A DNA stretch of 64,000 nucleotides, from positions 17,221 to 81,220 of the forward strand of contig JAKAUZ010000084.1 of NCBI GenBank assembly GCA_021817415.1, given 5' to 3'. Within the stretch, counting starts at the first letter, position 1; each line of letters begins with the position of its first letter. Both the position numbers and the translations under genes were made by a program. This DNA comes from Thermoplasmata archaeon. Lineage in GTDB: Archaea > Thermoplasmatota > Thermoplasmata > Thermoplasmatales > GCA-001856825. The notes under the pieces were generated by a model. It saw only the letters and a program-made list of their open reading frames with translations, did not search any database and was not told the DNA's origin. Below are positions 16,569 to 26,495 of this stretch, piece by piece.

Positions 16569-17930
16569 GTGGATATTGAAAAAATCAGGAATGTTATTTT
16601 ATCTGTCAACATTCGTATAGTCCTCTTTTCCCTATTTCTGACAATAGTTCTTGATCTCATTTACATTAGGATCATAAGAAACGTATCCTTGCTCGATTAT
16701 GTCATCATCGAAATCGTGACATTCATGGCGCTGGATTTGCTGATATCTTCCTTGGGAAAAAGAGGATATTTCTCATACCTGTCCAGGAACACCTCACTTG
16801 TCAAGAGAAGTATAAGATGTGCGAGCAGGAAGGAGAAAAGGGCGATGGATGCGAAAATTGAGGGTTTTCTGAGGAAAGAAGGAATGGACAGTAAAATCTT
16901 CGGCACAATCCAAATGGCGACTGAAATCCATCGTTTCGATCCTCCCCTAAGGGAAAATGATTCCCACTTTTTAGTTTCTCTGGAGAATTTGGGATACGAG
17001 AGGAATGAGATGACTGAAAGATATTCCGATTCAAACGACGATAGTAGGGATCATATAACATCACTTGACTTTCAGAATTTCAAGAAAAGAGAGGACGTTG
17101 TGCTGGAGGACAATTCGACTATATGGGTCACTGGGATAAGGGTGATGGAAGGAGATGAGAATTCTCAAGGCAAGAAACTTGTTTTGAGGTATGCTGAGAC
17201 CGGATATTATAGGAAATACAGCCTTAATAGATTACTGCATTGCAAATTTCCGTGGGAACCAAGATATCCAATTGAGCACATTATTGACAATCTAGAGAGC
17301 ATTAAAGGAAAGGATTTCACCTTCCTCAGGGGATTACCTTCCGGTCTCGGGTGCGAAGTCTCGGTCATCACGAGTGACGGAAAATACATCATTGTACAGA
17401 GATCTCACAAGGAGGCTGTTGCGAGGTTCAAGCTGATACAGGCATCTTCAGGAGCCTATGATCTCGAAGACTTCTATTCAAGTGAGGGAAAGATCAATGA
17501 GAATGAGAACCACGTAAGCAGTTTGTTTAGGGGAGCAAGACGGGAACTTGAATTTGAAACCGGTATAATCACGAAATATGGGGGAACGAATTTTTCTGGA
17601 ACTCAAGATTCGATGCTCCTGTTATCGGCATATTATTTCGTGGATATCAATGCCGTAAATTTCATATTCCTTTACAAAACTAGCCTTACATTTGAACAAT
17701 TTAAAGAAAAATTTCGGAAAGAACAATCCAAGGAAAAATGGGAATCCAGAAGAATCTTGAGCCTTGACATCAGAGACATTATATCGGATTCACCAGAATT
17801 CGAGAATTTTATGATAAAACATAGGAATATCTTGTCCGATCAGCTAATTGTCAGCATCTATTCTCTCAAGGAATATTATGGATCCATCAATAGGGCAAAT
17901 GGTCTCTCGCGGAGGGCTGAAGGACATTGA
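16569..17930 (+). CDS. hypothetical protein: two N-terminal TM helices plus a C-terminal domain with a divergent Nudix box
   Basis: 453 aa. The two hydrophobic helices are IRIVLFSLFLTIVLDLIYIRII and YVIIEIVTFMALDLLISSL. Later, VITSDGKYIIVQR ... GKINENE-NHVSSLFRGA-RRELEFETGI approximates the Nudix box GX5EX7REUXEEXGU, with a 3-residue longer spacer and one Glu replaced by Phe. Confidence 0.4.
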   Translation: MDIEKIRNVILSVNIRIVLFSLFLTIVLDLIYIRIIRNVSLLDYVIIEIVTFMALDLLISSLGKRGYFSYLSRNTSLVKRSIRCASRKEKRAMDAKIEGFLRKEGMDSKIFGTIQMATEIHRFDPPLRENDSHFLVSLENLGYERNEMTERYSDSNDDSRDHITSLDFQNFKKREDVVLEDNSTIWVTGIRVMEGDENSQGKKLVLRYAETGYYRKYSLNRLLHCKFPWEPRYPIEHIIDNLESIKGKDFTFLRGLPSGLGCEVSVITSDGKYIIVQRSHKEAVARFKLIQASSGAYDLEDFYSSEGKINENENHVSSLFRGARRELEFETGIITKYGGTNFSGTQDSMLLLSAYYFVDINAVNFIFLYKTSLTFEQFKEKFRKEQSKEKWESRRILSLDIRDIISDSPEFENFMIKHRNILSDQLIVSIYSLKEYYGSINRANGLSRRAEGH

Positions 17931-18512
17931 TTCTTTACAGGAGTTTTATAAAATTTCCCGGAAGAAAAAATCAACCTGATAGATCAGGAAGAAATAAAAC
18001 CAGAAAATACGTCAGCATGGGTTTCTAAAAAATTTTGAATACCATCTCGGTCAATTCCGCCTTTGACTGATAATTATTTTCTGCCTTTATATGTTCGATT
18101 TCATCACGACGGAGCCTATTATGGTATAGGGAATCCCCACAGAAAGAAAAGTTTTAAGACAATCAAAAACAAGAGATGGTTACAATTAATTTAGATAAGC
18201 GGACATAGAGACAGGAATGACTTTTATTTTCTAATATTCGAACAATTACATATTATCAATATTCTATTTCCTTTAAATACTAAGTGTATTTCTGGACCAA
18301 AAAGCAAGGACTATCTCAAATCCATTCAAATGAAGGCACGGCACCTACGTGCCTAAAAATGTTTTGAACGTGGCTCAACTCCGCGCTCTATTTTCTCCAA
18401 TTATTCAGCCAACACAAAAAGTCTCGTTTTGTGAAGGTTATAAATTAAACTCACTTACCGTTATCCTCCACTTGCTATACCAAAGGTAGCATGCATAGGC
18501 AATTTGAGCTAT

Positions 18513-19217
18513 TCAGGAAAAAGCGAACGCTATTATCAAGACTGCCAGGGAAAAGAAAACAGTAGAAAGACTTCCCACTATAATGGCATCTCTCACACGG
18601 TGCACTTTCAGCTTACCCACATGCTCTTCCCATTTAGAGGGGAGTTTTTTTGGTTTATACAACAACGAAAAGAGGGCCCAAGAATCAATGATGATAATTT
18701 CATATATCTCAGTGGTGGCCGACGAAGGGAAAGGAATTAGTATGTCCCCAAGTGGCATAAGTATGGCTATGACTAAAGGAACAATAGCTCCCCTGATATC
18801 TTTAGATGCATAAGAACCGATTCCCATTAAAGTGATTGCAAAGGCGGCCTGCACAAAAAACCAGGCAGATACGAAATCGTGAGGATAAGTTCCACCGTGA
18901 TAATAGCCAATCAAGCCTAAGAAAATTCCAGCCACAAACCAAAAGGTACCCCCAAATACCTGCACTTTATTCTCTGCTGTCGCTATTATGCCGAAAGACA
19001 TAAACCAGATGATGACTGCAATTATTCCCAGCCCAATATTATAGACCCAGGGGAAGTGAGAGAAGGATGGATCACCAAAACTGCTGAGAGCATCCCTTGT
19101 TAAAACCCATTGTGGATTTAGCAAATAGCACACCAGAAATAAGACCCAGGGGACGCCGACTAGAGCACCTCCAAAATACTTGGTAAGATTCCCAATACGA
19201 CTAGATATATCAGTCAC
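18513..19217 (-). CDS. polytopic membrane protein of unknown function (possibly DUF998-like)
   Basis: 234 aa with about 6-7 hydrophobic segments. The family guess rests only on overall layout and the motif ALSSFGDP. Confidence 0.45.
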   Translation of the reverse strand: MTDISSRIGNLTKYFGGALVGVPWVLFLVCYLLNPQWVLTRDALSSFGDPSFSHFPWVYNIGLGIIAVIIWFMSFGIIATAENKVQVFGGTFWFVAGIFLGLIGYYHGGTYPHDFVSAWFFVQAAFAITLMGIGSYASKDIRGAIVPLVIAILMPLGDILIPFPSSATTEIYEIIIIDSWALFSLLYKPKKLPSKWEEHVGKLKVHRVRDAIIVGSLSTVFFSLAVLIIAFAFS

Positions 19218-19439
19218 ATCTGTACCTTTTAATATAATTATGAATCTTCGTTATATGAATATTTCCTCTGATGACATGAGTTTGAACTGAGTCAAGTCTT
19301 ACGAGCCTCTGCCTTAGTAGCACTGTTTGCTCATTCGAAGAATGTGTAAATGTAAAGAAAAAACTCCACCTAATCCCTCAACTGATGTGCAGATCAGAAA
19401 AATTAGAAATTAATTTAAATAATGTTTCAATAGCAATGG

Positions 19440-20342
19440 GTGAGATTTAGACAAGTTCTGGGAATACTTGTAACTACCGTTGTTGGAATTGTAATTTTCT
19501 TTGCCTTGGTCTTAGTACTAAGCAGAATTTATCCAACCTCATTTGTCCACGACTATCAGGTCTACTTCAACGCTCTCATAATAGCCATAGGGGGCATCCT
19601 ACTGACAAACCTGATTGCTGCACTGATTTCAACTAGAACAAAGGAGCTTGTCGGCGAATCGACGGCTGGTGCTCTCAGTTTTATCATCAAGATGGCAGGA
19701 TACATTATAGTAGCAATATCATTTTTCGTCTTCATCAAGGTCGACATAGCCGGCGCCCTTGTTGCCGGGGGATTTGCCGGATTAGTTGTGGGGCTGGCAT
19801 CTCAGGACGTTCTGGGGAATATCTTTGGGGGGATTGCGCTCGTCACCACCAGGCCATTCAAGATAGGTGACAGGATCACAGTATCAACATGGCAGTACGG
19901 ATTGATCGCACCTTCGTATCCCCCTAAATTTTTTTCAAGCGACTTCTTGATCCCCGGATACACAGGTCTAGTGACCGAGATTTCCCTTATGTACACATCT
20001 TTTTTATCAGATGACAACATTCCACTCAAGATTCCTAATAGCGTCCTCATTCAGTCCTCAGTTTTCATTCACAGCAGAAACGAAACGAGAGTGATCAGGG
20101 CTAAAATAGAGGTGCCAAAGGATAATGATCCCGACCTGTTAATGCCAAGAATTAAGGAAGGATTGGTAAGTCTTCCTTTCATAAAGGGCGAAGTGGAAGT
20201 AAGGATATATGAAACCACGCTAACCACTTACATAATAGTGATTCAGGCAATGTGCAAGGGACAGTTTGAGGAACCTCTCAGAAGCGAAATTCTCAGGACC
20301 ACCATGAAGATCATTAAGAATTTCAGGGATGAGAAAAAGTAG
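19440..20342 (+). CDS. mscS: small-conductance mechanosensitive channel (MscS family)
   Basis: 300 aa with three N-terminal TM segments, followed by GLASQDVLGNIFGGIALVTTRPFKIGDRITV, which is typical of the MscS pore-helix/beta-domain junction. Confidence 0.8.
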   Translation: MRFRQVLGILVTTVVGIVIFFALVLVLSRIYPTSFVHDYQVYFNALIIAIGGILLTNLIAALISTRTKELVGESTAGALSFIIKMAGYIIVAISFFVFIKVDIAGALVAGGFAGLVVGLASQDVLGNIFGGIALVTTRPFKIGDRITVSTWQYGLIAPSYPPKFFSSDFLIPGYTGLVTEISLMYTSFLSDDNIPLKIPNSVLIQSSVFIHSRNETRVIRAKIEVPKDNDPDLLMPRIKEGLVSLPFIKGEVEVRIYETTLTTYIIVIQAMCKGQFEEPLRSEILRTTMKIIKNFRDEKK

Positions 20343-20468
20343 CCCGGTATACAGGATGCTTTAGTCAGAAGAGCATGTATCCGTCTCCCTGCTCCCTGGT
20401 TCAGTCAATCATAGCTATAAAACAAGGATAAAATAATATGCACGCCAGCGATTGTATGACAGAAATGT

Positions 20469-21467
20469 ATGGCAACTGAGGGCATCCACTTTTATAAATC
20501 GCTTCCATTCGTGACTGCAGTAGAAGTGGAACTGGGATACCCAGTAATTGTTTCAAGAGAAATGGAAAACGGAGCTTCCCACAATTTTGCGCTTGCAATA
20601 CTCGGAAGGGAAAACGGTAGATGGTACGTGTATTCCAATCAACTGTCACCAAACGATGAAATGAAGACATCTAATCGTTTGAAGGATTCCTATGACAATG
20701 GTACCACAATAGAGTCGGTTCCCCAGAAATGTAAAATGATTGAGTACTACCCTCCCATTGAATTTGATGATTTTCTTAATTCAGTCGCAGCGATTCCTGG
20801 AACAATAGTTCAGCATCTTGCAATCCTGAAGGAGAAGAGCCTCACAGTTTTCATCGAGAGTTCAAGGAATGCGGTTAGGGCCGTAGATGAAATGGTCGCC
20901 AGACACAGACCATTTGGTGGTATAAACTCTAAGGTTGAAACGTTTGAAAATCGTGATGGAAATGGCGAAATTCCATTTTTTATAGCCTATCTCAAGAAAA
21001 ATTACCATGACTTCTCCAATCTGGAATTAATCAAGACTGGATGGAAGATGGGCAGGAAAGAATTCAGGGATGATGTTGCCGGTGTATTTGAGAACGAGGG
21101 AATATTCAGACCTAAGTATTTTGATGACGTTTCTGCCAATCTAATAGCCAATGTCAACAGAGGATTCATTAAGGGGAAATCAAATTTCAAAGTCATAGAC
21201 TTCTCAAGCGAAGGAAAGATGATTGAGTTTTCAGTTCATTCTAGATGGTTTGGGGAATTCTTCACCAACGTGATCAGGAGATACATGGGATCATTCATTT
21301 TCTGGGCATATAGCGATGGAAGGGGGAATCTTGAGAACTACTTCATAATAGACGGAAGGATGAAAGGCGAATTCCTGTCCGGTCTAGGCAGACACTGGCA
21401 GGAGCCGCGAAGAATACGTCACCACAATTTCATTGATTACCTCGTTAAATTAAGCGAGGTAACTTAA
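20469..21467 (+). CDS. hypothetical cytoplasmic protein, no recognisable motif
   Basis: 332-aa ORF with ordinary amino-acid composition and no competing ORF on either strand. No motif recognised. Confidence 0.4.
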   Translation: MATEGIHFYKSLPFVTAVEVELGYPVIVSREMENGASHNFALAILGRENGRWYVYSNQLSPNDEMKTSNRLKDSYDNGTTIESVPQKCKMIEYYPPIEFDDFLNSVAAIPGTIVQHLAILKEKSLTVFIESSRNAVRAVDEMVARHRPFGGINSKVETFENRDGNGEIPFFIAYLKKNYHDFSNLELIKTGWKMGRKEFRDDVAGVFENEGIFRPKYFDDVSANLIANVNRGFIKGKSNFKVIDFSSEGKMIEFSVHSRWFGEFFTNVIRRYMGSFIFWAYSDGRGNLENYFIIDGRMKGEFLSGLGRHWQEPRRIRHHNFIDYLVKLSEVT

Positions 21468-21512
21468 TATAAAAAGGAAGAAATCATTAAATTAAATTGG
21501 GGAGAACAGTCG

Positions 21513-22001
21513 TCACCTGTTATCAGACTTGCTATTCTCCATCATGCAGCCTGAGAGTTCCTTGGCGATTGTAAGCAAAGAGGCCATTTCGGGACTCCTG
21601 ACCATGTTCATGAGTTCCATAAGCGACATCTTCTTCTTTCTTCCAGCAGTCACCTTCATCACTTCATCCACCTTAGGTGCGCAGTTAGCCACTGCCTCCA
21701 AAAGTGGGACGAGTTTCTGTACCTCAACTTTTTCAAGTACGGACAGAAGTTTCTCAATGTCCCCCTTTTTCATAATTCTTGTCAGTGGTTCAAGCGTCTT
21801 TATCGCAAGGGTCATTATGTCAAAAATCTCTGATTTGCTAGCATAGTTGAAAAGATTATCAAATTCTTCTGCTACCCCTTCAAGCATACCAATGACTCCG
21901 CTCTCCTGCAATTTCTCAATTGTCTTTAGCGTAGGTTCTATTGAGTCAATCTTCTTTTGGATTCCATCTAGTTTATTGTACACATCATCAATTGTTACCA
22001 T
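21513..22001 (-). CDS. DUF1641-family protein (usual partner of archaeal SQR-like flavoproteins)
   Basis: The start is moved to the ATG at 22001, preceded by GGAGG and lying 1 nt after the upstream stop. The protein is helical, with LQESGVIGMLEGVAEEFDNLF. Gene order SQR-like followed by DUF1641 is a recurrent pairing as I recall it. Confidence 0.5.
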   Translation of the reverse strand: MVTIDDVYNKLDGIQKKIDSIEPTLKTIEKLQESGVIGMLEGVAEEFDNLFNYASKSEIFDIMTLAIKTLEPLTRIMKKGDIEKLLSVLEKVEVQKLVPLLEAVANCAPKVDEVMKVTAGRKKKMSLMELMNMVRSPEMASLLTIAKELSGCMMENSKSDNR

Positions 22002-22002
22002 T

Positions 22003-23175
22003 TCAATTCCTCCCCCCGAAAATTGAAGCGTAATAATACTTTTCATAGATCGCGTGCATCAGCTTGTAAATTCTGCCTCTTCCAGTCACTGTGCAGTCAG
22101 GGAACGGAATTTTTGGATCCTTGAGTTTTCTTGCAAAATCACAGTACGCAAACCATCCATATGATCCACCTTCCATAGCGCACGCCGCGACAGAATTGTA
22201 CGGAATTGTCAGGTAACTGCCAGTGAGGTCATCAGCGATGAACGTTGCTGCAGTGTCTGCCTGGAAATGTGCGAAGACTCCTGCCATGCCCAGTCCCAAG
22301 GAAGGTGCTACAAGATCGCCAATAGCGTAAATATCGTCGTATTTGTTGTTCCTGAAATTCCTTACATTTGAATCCCCCCATCCCATCTTCGATTTCAGGT
22401 CATCATTATTCTTTACAAAATCTGGAGGTTCATGAATTGGTGAAACTATGGCTAAGTCATATTTCAAAGATTCATTATTTGTCGAGACAACCTCTTTCTT
22501 TACTGGATCAACCATCCCGGTCATAAATTTGAAGGCACCCTTTATTTTCATCTCCTCAAGCCATTGGGTGAGGGGACCGGAAATCGATGGACCGAACATC
22601 TCAAACGGTTTTTCAACAGGATGCGCAACTGTTATCTCTATCCCATCTCTAAGCCCCTTGTTTGTAAAATATTCGTGAAGCATCATCGACATTTCCCACG
22701 GGACCGGAGGGCATCTGTAAACTGGATTGGAAACAGAGATCACTATCTTCCCCTTCCTGAACTTACCTATTGCATCCTTGGTCTTCAGTGCATTTTGGAG
22801 GTCCCAGAAATGGTAAGTGGCTTCAGCTCCCTTGAAACCATTTTGAATTATCCTCGCGCCAGGAGAAAGTACAAGGGTATCGTACTTGTATTCTCCAGTA
22901 TCCGTATGAACTGTCCTGTTCGCGGCGTCGACTTTCGTGACTTCTGTTTTCACCGCCTTCACGTTATCCCCACTAATGTTCCCAAAATCTTTGGAAACCT
23001 GTTGCTCTGTTCTGCTCCCCAGAGCAACATAAGTGTAAGATGGCTGGAATTCGACTTTCCCAGCTTTATCAAGGACTATTATGCTCGTATCAGGAGGTAG
23101 AAGTTTCTTCAACCTGGCTGCCATTAGCCCTCCTCCTGCATTACCACCAACGATTACAACGTTCTTAGAGGTCAT
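22003..23175 (-). CDS. FAD-dependent pyridine nucleotide-disulfide oxidoreductase, sulfide:quinone oxidoreductase-like
   Basis: 390 aa. The N-terminal dinucleotide fold is NVVIVGGNAGGG; a second Rossmann-like segment and IYAIGDL near the C-terminus follow. Confidence 0.7.
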   Translation of the reverse strand: MTSKNVVIVGGNAGGGLMAARLKKLLPPDTSIIVLDKAGKVEFQPSYTYVALGSRTEQQVSKDFGNISGDNVKAVKTEVTKVDAANRTVHTDTGEYKYDTLVLSPGARIIQNGFKGAEATYHFWDLQNALKTKDAIGKFRKGKIVISVSNPVYRCPPVPWEMSMMLHEYFTNKGLRDGIEITVAHPVEKPFEMFGPSISGPLTQWLEEMKIKGAFKFMTGMVDPVKKEVVSTNNESLKYDLAIVSPIHEPPDFVKNNDDLKSKMGWGDSNVRNFRNNKYDDIYAIGDLVAPSLGLGMAGVFAHFQADTAATFIADDLTGSYLTIPYNSVAACAMEGGSYGWFAYCDFARKLKDPKIPFPDCTVTGRGRIYKLMHAIYEKYYYASIFGGRN

Positions 23176-23416
23176 AATATCAAGTCGAAATCCTAAATTA
23201 TTATTAATAAATTAATGGACCTAAACGATGTTTAATCAATTTTACCATTGATTAACTATGTAAGGCATACCAACAATTTGTCTATTCTCTATTGAAAGTT
23301 CAAGTATTTTGATAACCATATGCTGGAGAAAAAGAATTTTTGTTAAAAATCATGACAGATATATATCTAATATTAGATAATATAAAATATTTTATCCCCG
23401 TGAATAATTGTGTTCT

Positions 23417-23602
23417 ATGGCGCATTTTGAATTTAAGTGTAAAGACATTGGAATGGATTGTGGATTTGAAACATCAGGCAAAACGATGGAAGAACTGATG
23501 CCCAAGATAGCTGAGCATGCAAAGACAGCACATAATATGGCAGAAATACCTCAAGATGTCAAGGACAAAGTGGCGAAGGCTATCAAGAAAAAAATGTTCT
23601 GA
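23417..23602 (+). CDS. DUF1059-family small metal-binding-like protein
   Basis: MAHFEFKCKDIGMDCGFETSGKTMEELMPKIAEHAKTAHNM matches the DUF1059 pattern (FKCKDIGMDC ... EHA..H). The ATG at 23417 is preferred over the TTG at 23408. Confidence 0.6.
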   Translation: MAHFEFKCKDIGMDCGFETSGKTMEELMPKIAEHAKTAHNMAEIPQDVKDKVAKAIKKKMF

Positions 23603-23841
23603 ACATTTGTACCCTCTATTTTTCTTTAAATTTGGTGGAAATCTTCTACCATTCAGTATATTCATCCAACTGTGGGAGTACAAAAATCAGAAACTGAATA
23701 TCTGAATTGCAGATTCCATGCAACAGGCGTGGGCTGCGAATATTTTCGAATCGGTTAAGGGTGCAGATATGTCGGTCAGCATAACCTTAGAGGAGATCAA
23801 ACTCTTGAGGATCAAGAGGACGTTCCCAAAGGAGTCCAGCG

Positions 23842-25392
23842 ATGAAGCTTAAGACTAATTTATTTCTTGCAAAGGTACTCAACACTGAATTGAAGTATCA
23901 GTTTCTAAAAAATACTCCCAAGTTCCAAAAATCGGACAAGTACTCAACCTACGTAGCCAAGAGATACCTGGTCAATAACGTGAGATCCTCAATTTTCCTG
24001 AATCTTTTTGTTTACGGGGCAATATCTCTCACGTTTGGAATTGCCATGATCTCAAAGAAATCATTGATTTCCACTGGCAGTTTCACCCTCTTCGTCCTGT
24101 TGCTTGTGCTTGCAGTTATGAACGACTCGCAATTTTACAGGGGTTTATGGGACATGAAGCTCCTTTCCCCATTGAAGACATTGCCGTTGAAGGTGGAAAG
24201 GAGCGTAATTCCAATATCACTCTTCCTGTACAACGAGATATTCCTGCCTTTTGTGACAATACCGGCCGGCATTGTGCTGTCAATATTTCTCAGGACTCCC
24301 TACCCGTTCCTGATTTACACTCTTTTCACAGTCCTATTCATATACATAGCTAGAACCATATCTCTTTTCCTGGGAGTTTCCTTCGCAAGGATGAATACAA
24401 ATCGTAGAAGCAAGAGACTGTATCTTGGACAGATTTTTCAAGTTGTCATGTTCATAATATTCATATTCGCAATCCAGGTCTCAACAAACCCAAATTTGCT
24501 CGCTAGCGTAAAACTCCCTGCATATGTATTTGCAATAATCCCACTTACATATGAAAATGTGGTACAGTTCAACTATTATCCATACGTGTTGGCAGTCACT
24601 TTCCTCCTTGCAGTCTACGCAGCGTATTTTTACCTTAGAAATAGGAATTTTACAGAATCAAGCGAGACATATACTGATATCAAAGGAAATGGAAGGGAAG
24701 AAAGAATCACTAAGAAGACTCCAATAAATTCCCTGATCTCCAAGGACTTCAAACAGATCATTCGAAAGAGGGGAGCAATAATGATTCTTGTGATGCCCGT
24801 TGCTATAATTGTACCCATTGCCATCTCGCTCGTGAATACTGGTGGGAGCGCATCTATAGCATCGTCTGTTCCGTATCTGCCGGCAATATTTCTCATCGAG
24901 TTTCTTTTACTGATAGGTCTTGAAGGAAAGGCGGCCTGGCACCTTTCCGCTCTACCCATATACAGGAGAACATTCTTTGCGTCTAAATTGTTACTTATAG
25001 TGATAATCGGTATCATTTACTACTTGGCGATAATGCTAATCAGTGCCATATCTGCACAAAGTTCATTCATACCTCTTGCACTTGACTTCCCTCTTTATCT
25101 GCTGATATTGGTCACTATTGTTTTCACCGGGGGTGCGTACATCACTTCTGCGATACCCAGGGAGGTTTACTCACTTTCCCAGGAAGGCATAGGAGGCAGA
25201 TGGGTCATGATCAAAACATTCGGAATCGCACTCCCGTTCGTCTTCATAAATGCAGCATTACTTGCAGTTGCAGCAAGGGTAATTCCATATCTTCCTGCCA
25301 TTGTCTCGGGTTATGCATTAACATTTCTTTTTGATCTAGCTGTGTCAACTCTTTTTCTCAGGATTTTCTTGAAGAAAGGTGATTTCTTCTGA
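23842..25392 (+). CDS. large polytopic membrane protein (about 12 TM), function unknown (ABC-2-permease-like topology)
   Basis: 516 aa and strongly hydrophobic throughout. No ATPase gene lies next to it. Confidence 0.45.
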   Translation: MKLKTNLFLAKVLNTELKYQFLKNTPKFQKSDKYSTYVAKRYLVNNVRSSIFLNLFVYGAISLTFGIAMISKKSLISTGSFTLFVLLLVLAVMNDSQFYRGLWDMKLLSPLKTLPLKVERSVIPISLFLYNEIFLPFVTIPAGIVLSIFLRTPYPFLIYTLFTVLFIYIARTISLFLGVSFARMNTNRRSKRLYLGQIFQVVMFIIFIFAIQVSTNPNLLASVKLPAYVFAIIPLTYENVVQFNYYPYVLAVTFLLAVYAAYFYLRNRNFTESSETYTDIKGNGREERITKKTPINSLISKDFKQIIRKRGAIMILVMPVAIIVPIAISLVNTGGSASIASSVPYLPAIFLIEFLLLIGLEGKAAWHLSALPIYRRTFFASKLLLIVIIGIIYYLAIMLISAISAQSSFIPLALDFPLYLLILVTIVFTGGAYITSAIPREVYSLSQEGIGGRWVMIKTFGIALPFVFINAALLAVAARVIPYLPAIVSGYALTFLFDLAVSTLFLRIFLKKGDFF

Positions 25393-25423
25393 AATTTGTT
25401 TAATATCTGGAATTGATAGGCCA

Positions 25424-26413
25424 ATGGTGAATAATTTAAGAAAAACAGATCCCATAAATCCAAGTGAGAAGGTACTTGACGAAGCTTCAGGAATAATCAG
25501 GAAAGGTGGGATAGTGGCCTTTCCGACGGAAACGGTCTATGGTCTGGGGGCTGATGCCACTAACGATTCTGCCTGTTTAAGAATCTTCGAGGCAAAAGGG
25601 AGGCAGAGTGACAATCCACTCATAGTACACATTTCAGATTTTGACCAGTTGTCGGAAATTTCAGGCGGAGTAAGTCATGCGGTACTGCAGCGACTTGAAC
25701 AGGTTTGGCCTGGACCCTTGACAATAGTGCTGCCCAACAGGAAGGCAGGAAAGGTCGCTACCGTCGGCCTGGGAACGGTTGCAGTAAGAATGCCTGCCCA
25801 TAAAATACCACTGGAAATAATACGAAGAAGTGGGAAGCCAATAGCTGCGCCAAGTGCCAACAAATCTGGCAGACCAAGCCCCGTGACTGCGCGGGAAGTC
25901 GTGGAGGATCTGGGCGACAAGGCAGACCTTGTGATAGATGGAGGAAAATCATTTTTTGGGGTCGAATCAACAGTGATCCAGATCAGGCCAGATGACATTC
26001 TGATACTTAGGCCTGGGGCCTTCAATGCGGAAGACGTCAAAAAATTATTCCAAATGAAAGTCAGAATTTCTGGCATGCAGAGTGACTCACCCATATCTCC
26101 TGGGATGAAATACAGGCATTACGCCCCATCAAAGAAATTGATTCTTGCCCCTGACGAGAATTATATCCTGGAAAAATGCGAATCAGGAGGAAATTTTGCC
26201 GTCCTGGGGAGCAAAGAATTGGCAGCAAAACTGAATTGCGAGACAATCGTTCTCGGATCGAGATATGATTTATACGAGGTGGCAAGAAATCTGTTCCCAT
26301 CATTCAGGATGCTGGACCGAGGGAAATTTGATTACGGAATTATAGAGCCATTTGAGGAGAGAGGAATCGGACTGGCCATTATGAATAGAATAAGAAAGGC
26401 TTCTGAAGGATAG
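25424..26413 (+). CDS. sua5: L-threonylcarbamoyladenylate synthase Sua5/YwlC (t6A biosynthesis)
   Basis: GGIVAFPTETVYGLGADA, SDNPLIVHI and IAAPSANKSGRPSP, plus a C-terminal Sua5 domain. The ATG at 25424 is preferred over the GTG at 25379. Confidence 0.9.
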   Translation: MVNNLRKTDPINPSEKVLDEASGIIRKGGIVAFPTETVYGLGADATNDSACLRIFEAKGRQSDNPLIVHISDFDQLSEISGGVSHAVLQRLEQVWPGPLTIVLPNRKAGKVATVGLGTVAVRMPAHKIPLEIIRRSGKPIAAPSANKSGRPSPVTAREVVEDLGDKADLVIDGGKSFFGVESTVIQIRPDDILILRPGAFNAEDVKKLFQMKVRISGMQSDSPISPGMKYRHYAPSKKLILAPDENYILEKCESGGNFAVLGSKELAAKLNCETIVLGSRYDLYEVARNLFPSFRMLDRGKFDYGIIEPFEERGIGLAIMNRIRKASEG

Positions 26414-26495
26414 CCCCCCTTCATTCGCATTGGACCCTCCCTGAAAGAGCTAATGTACCTTCAAATTCAGTTCTGTTATCTCATTTATTATTCCT

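Noticed and set aside
22564-23100. 178-aa plus-strand ORF
   Set aside because: It is antisense to the SQR-like flavoprotein gene.
23718-23853. Unlisted ORF of about 45 codons (MQQAWAANIFESVKGADMSVSITLEEIKLLRIKRTFPKESSDEA) overlapping the start of the large membrane protein; considered as the remnant of an ABC ATPase partner
   Set aside because: I recognise no ATPase motif, and it is too short to judge.
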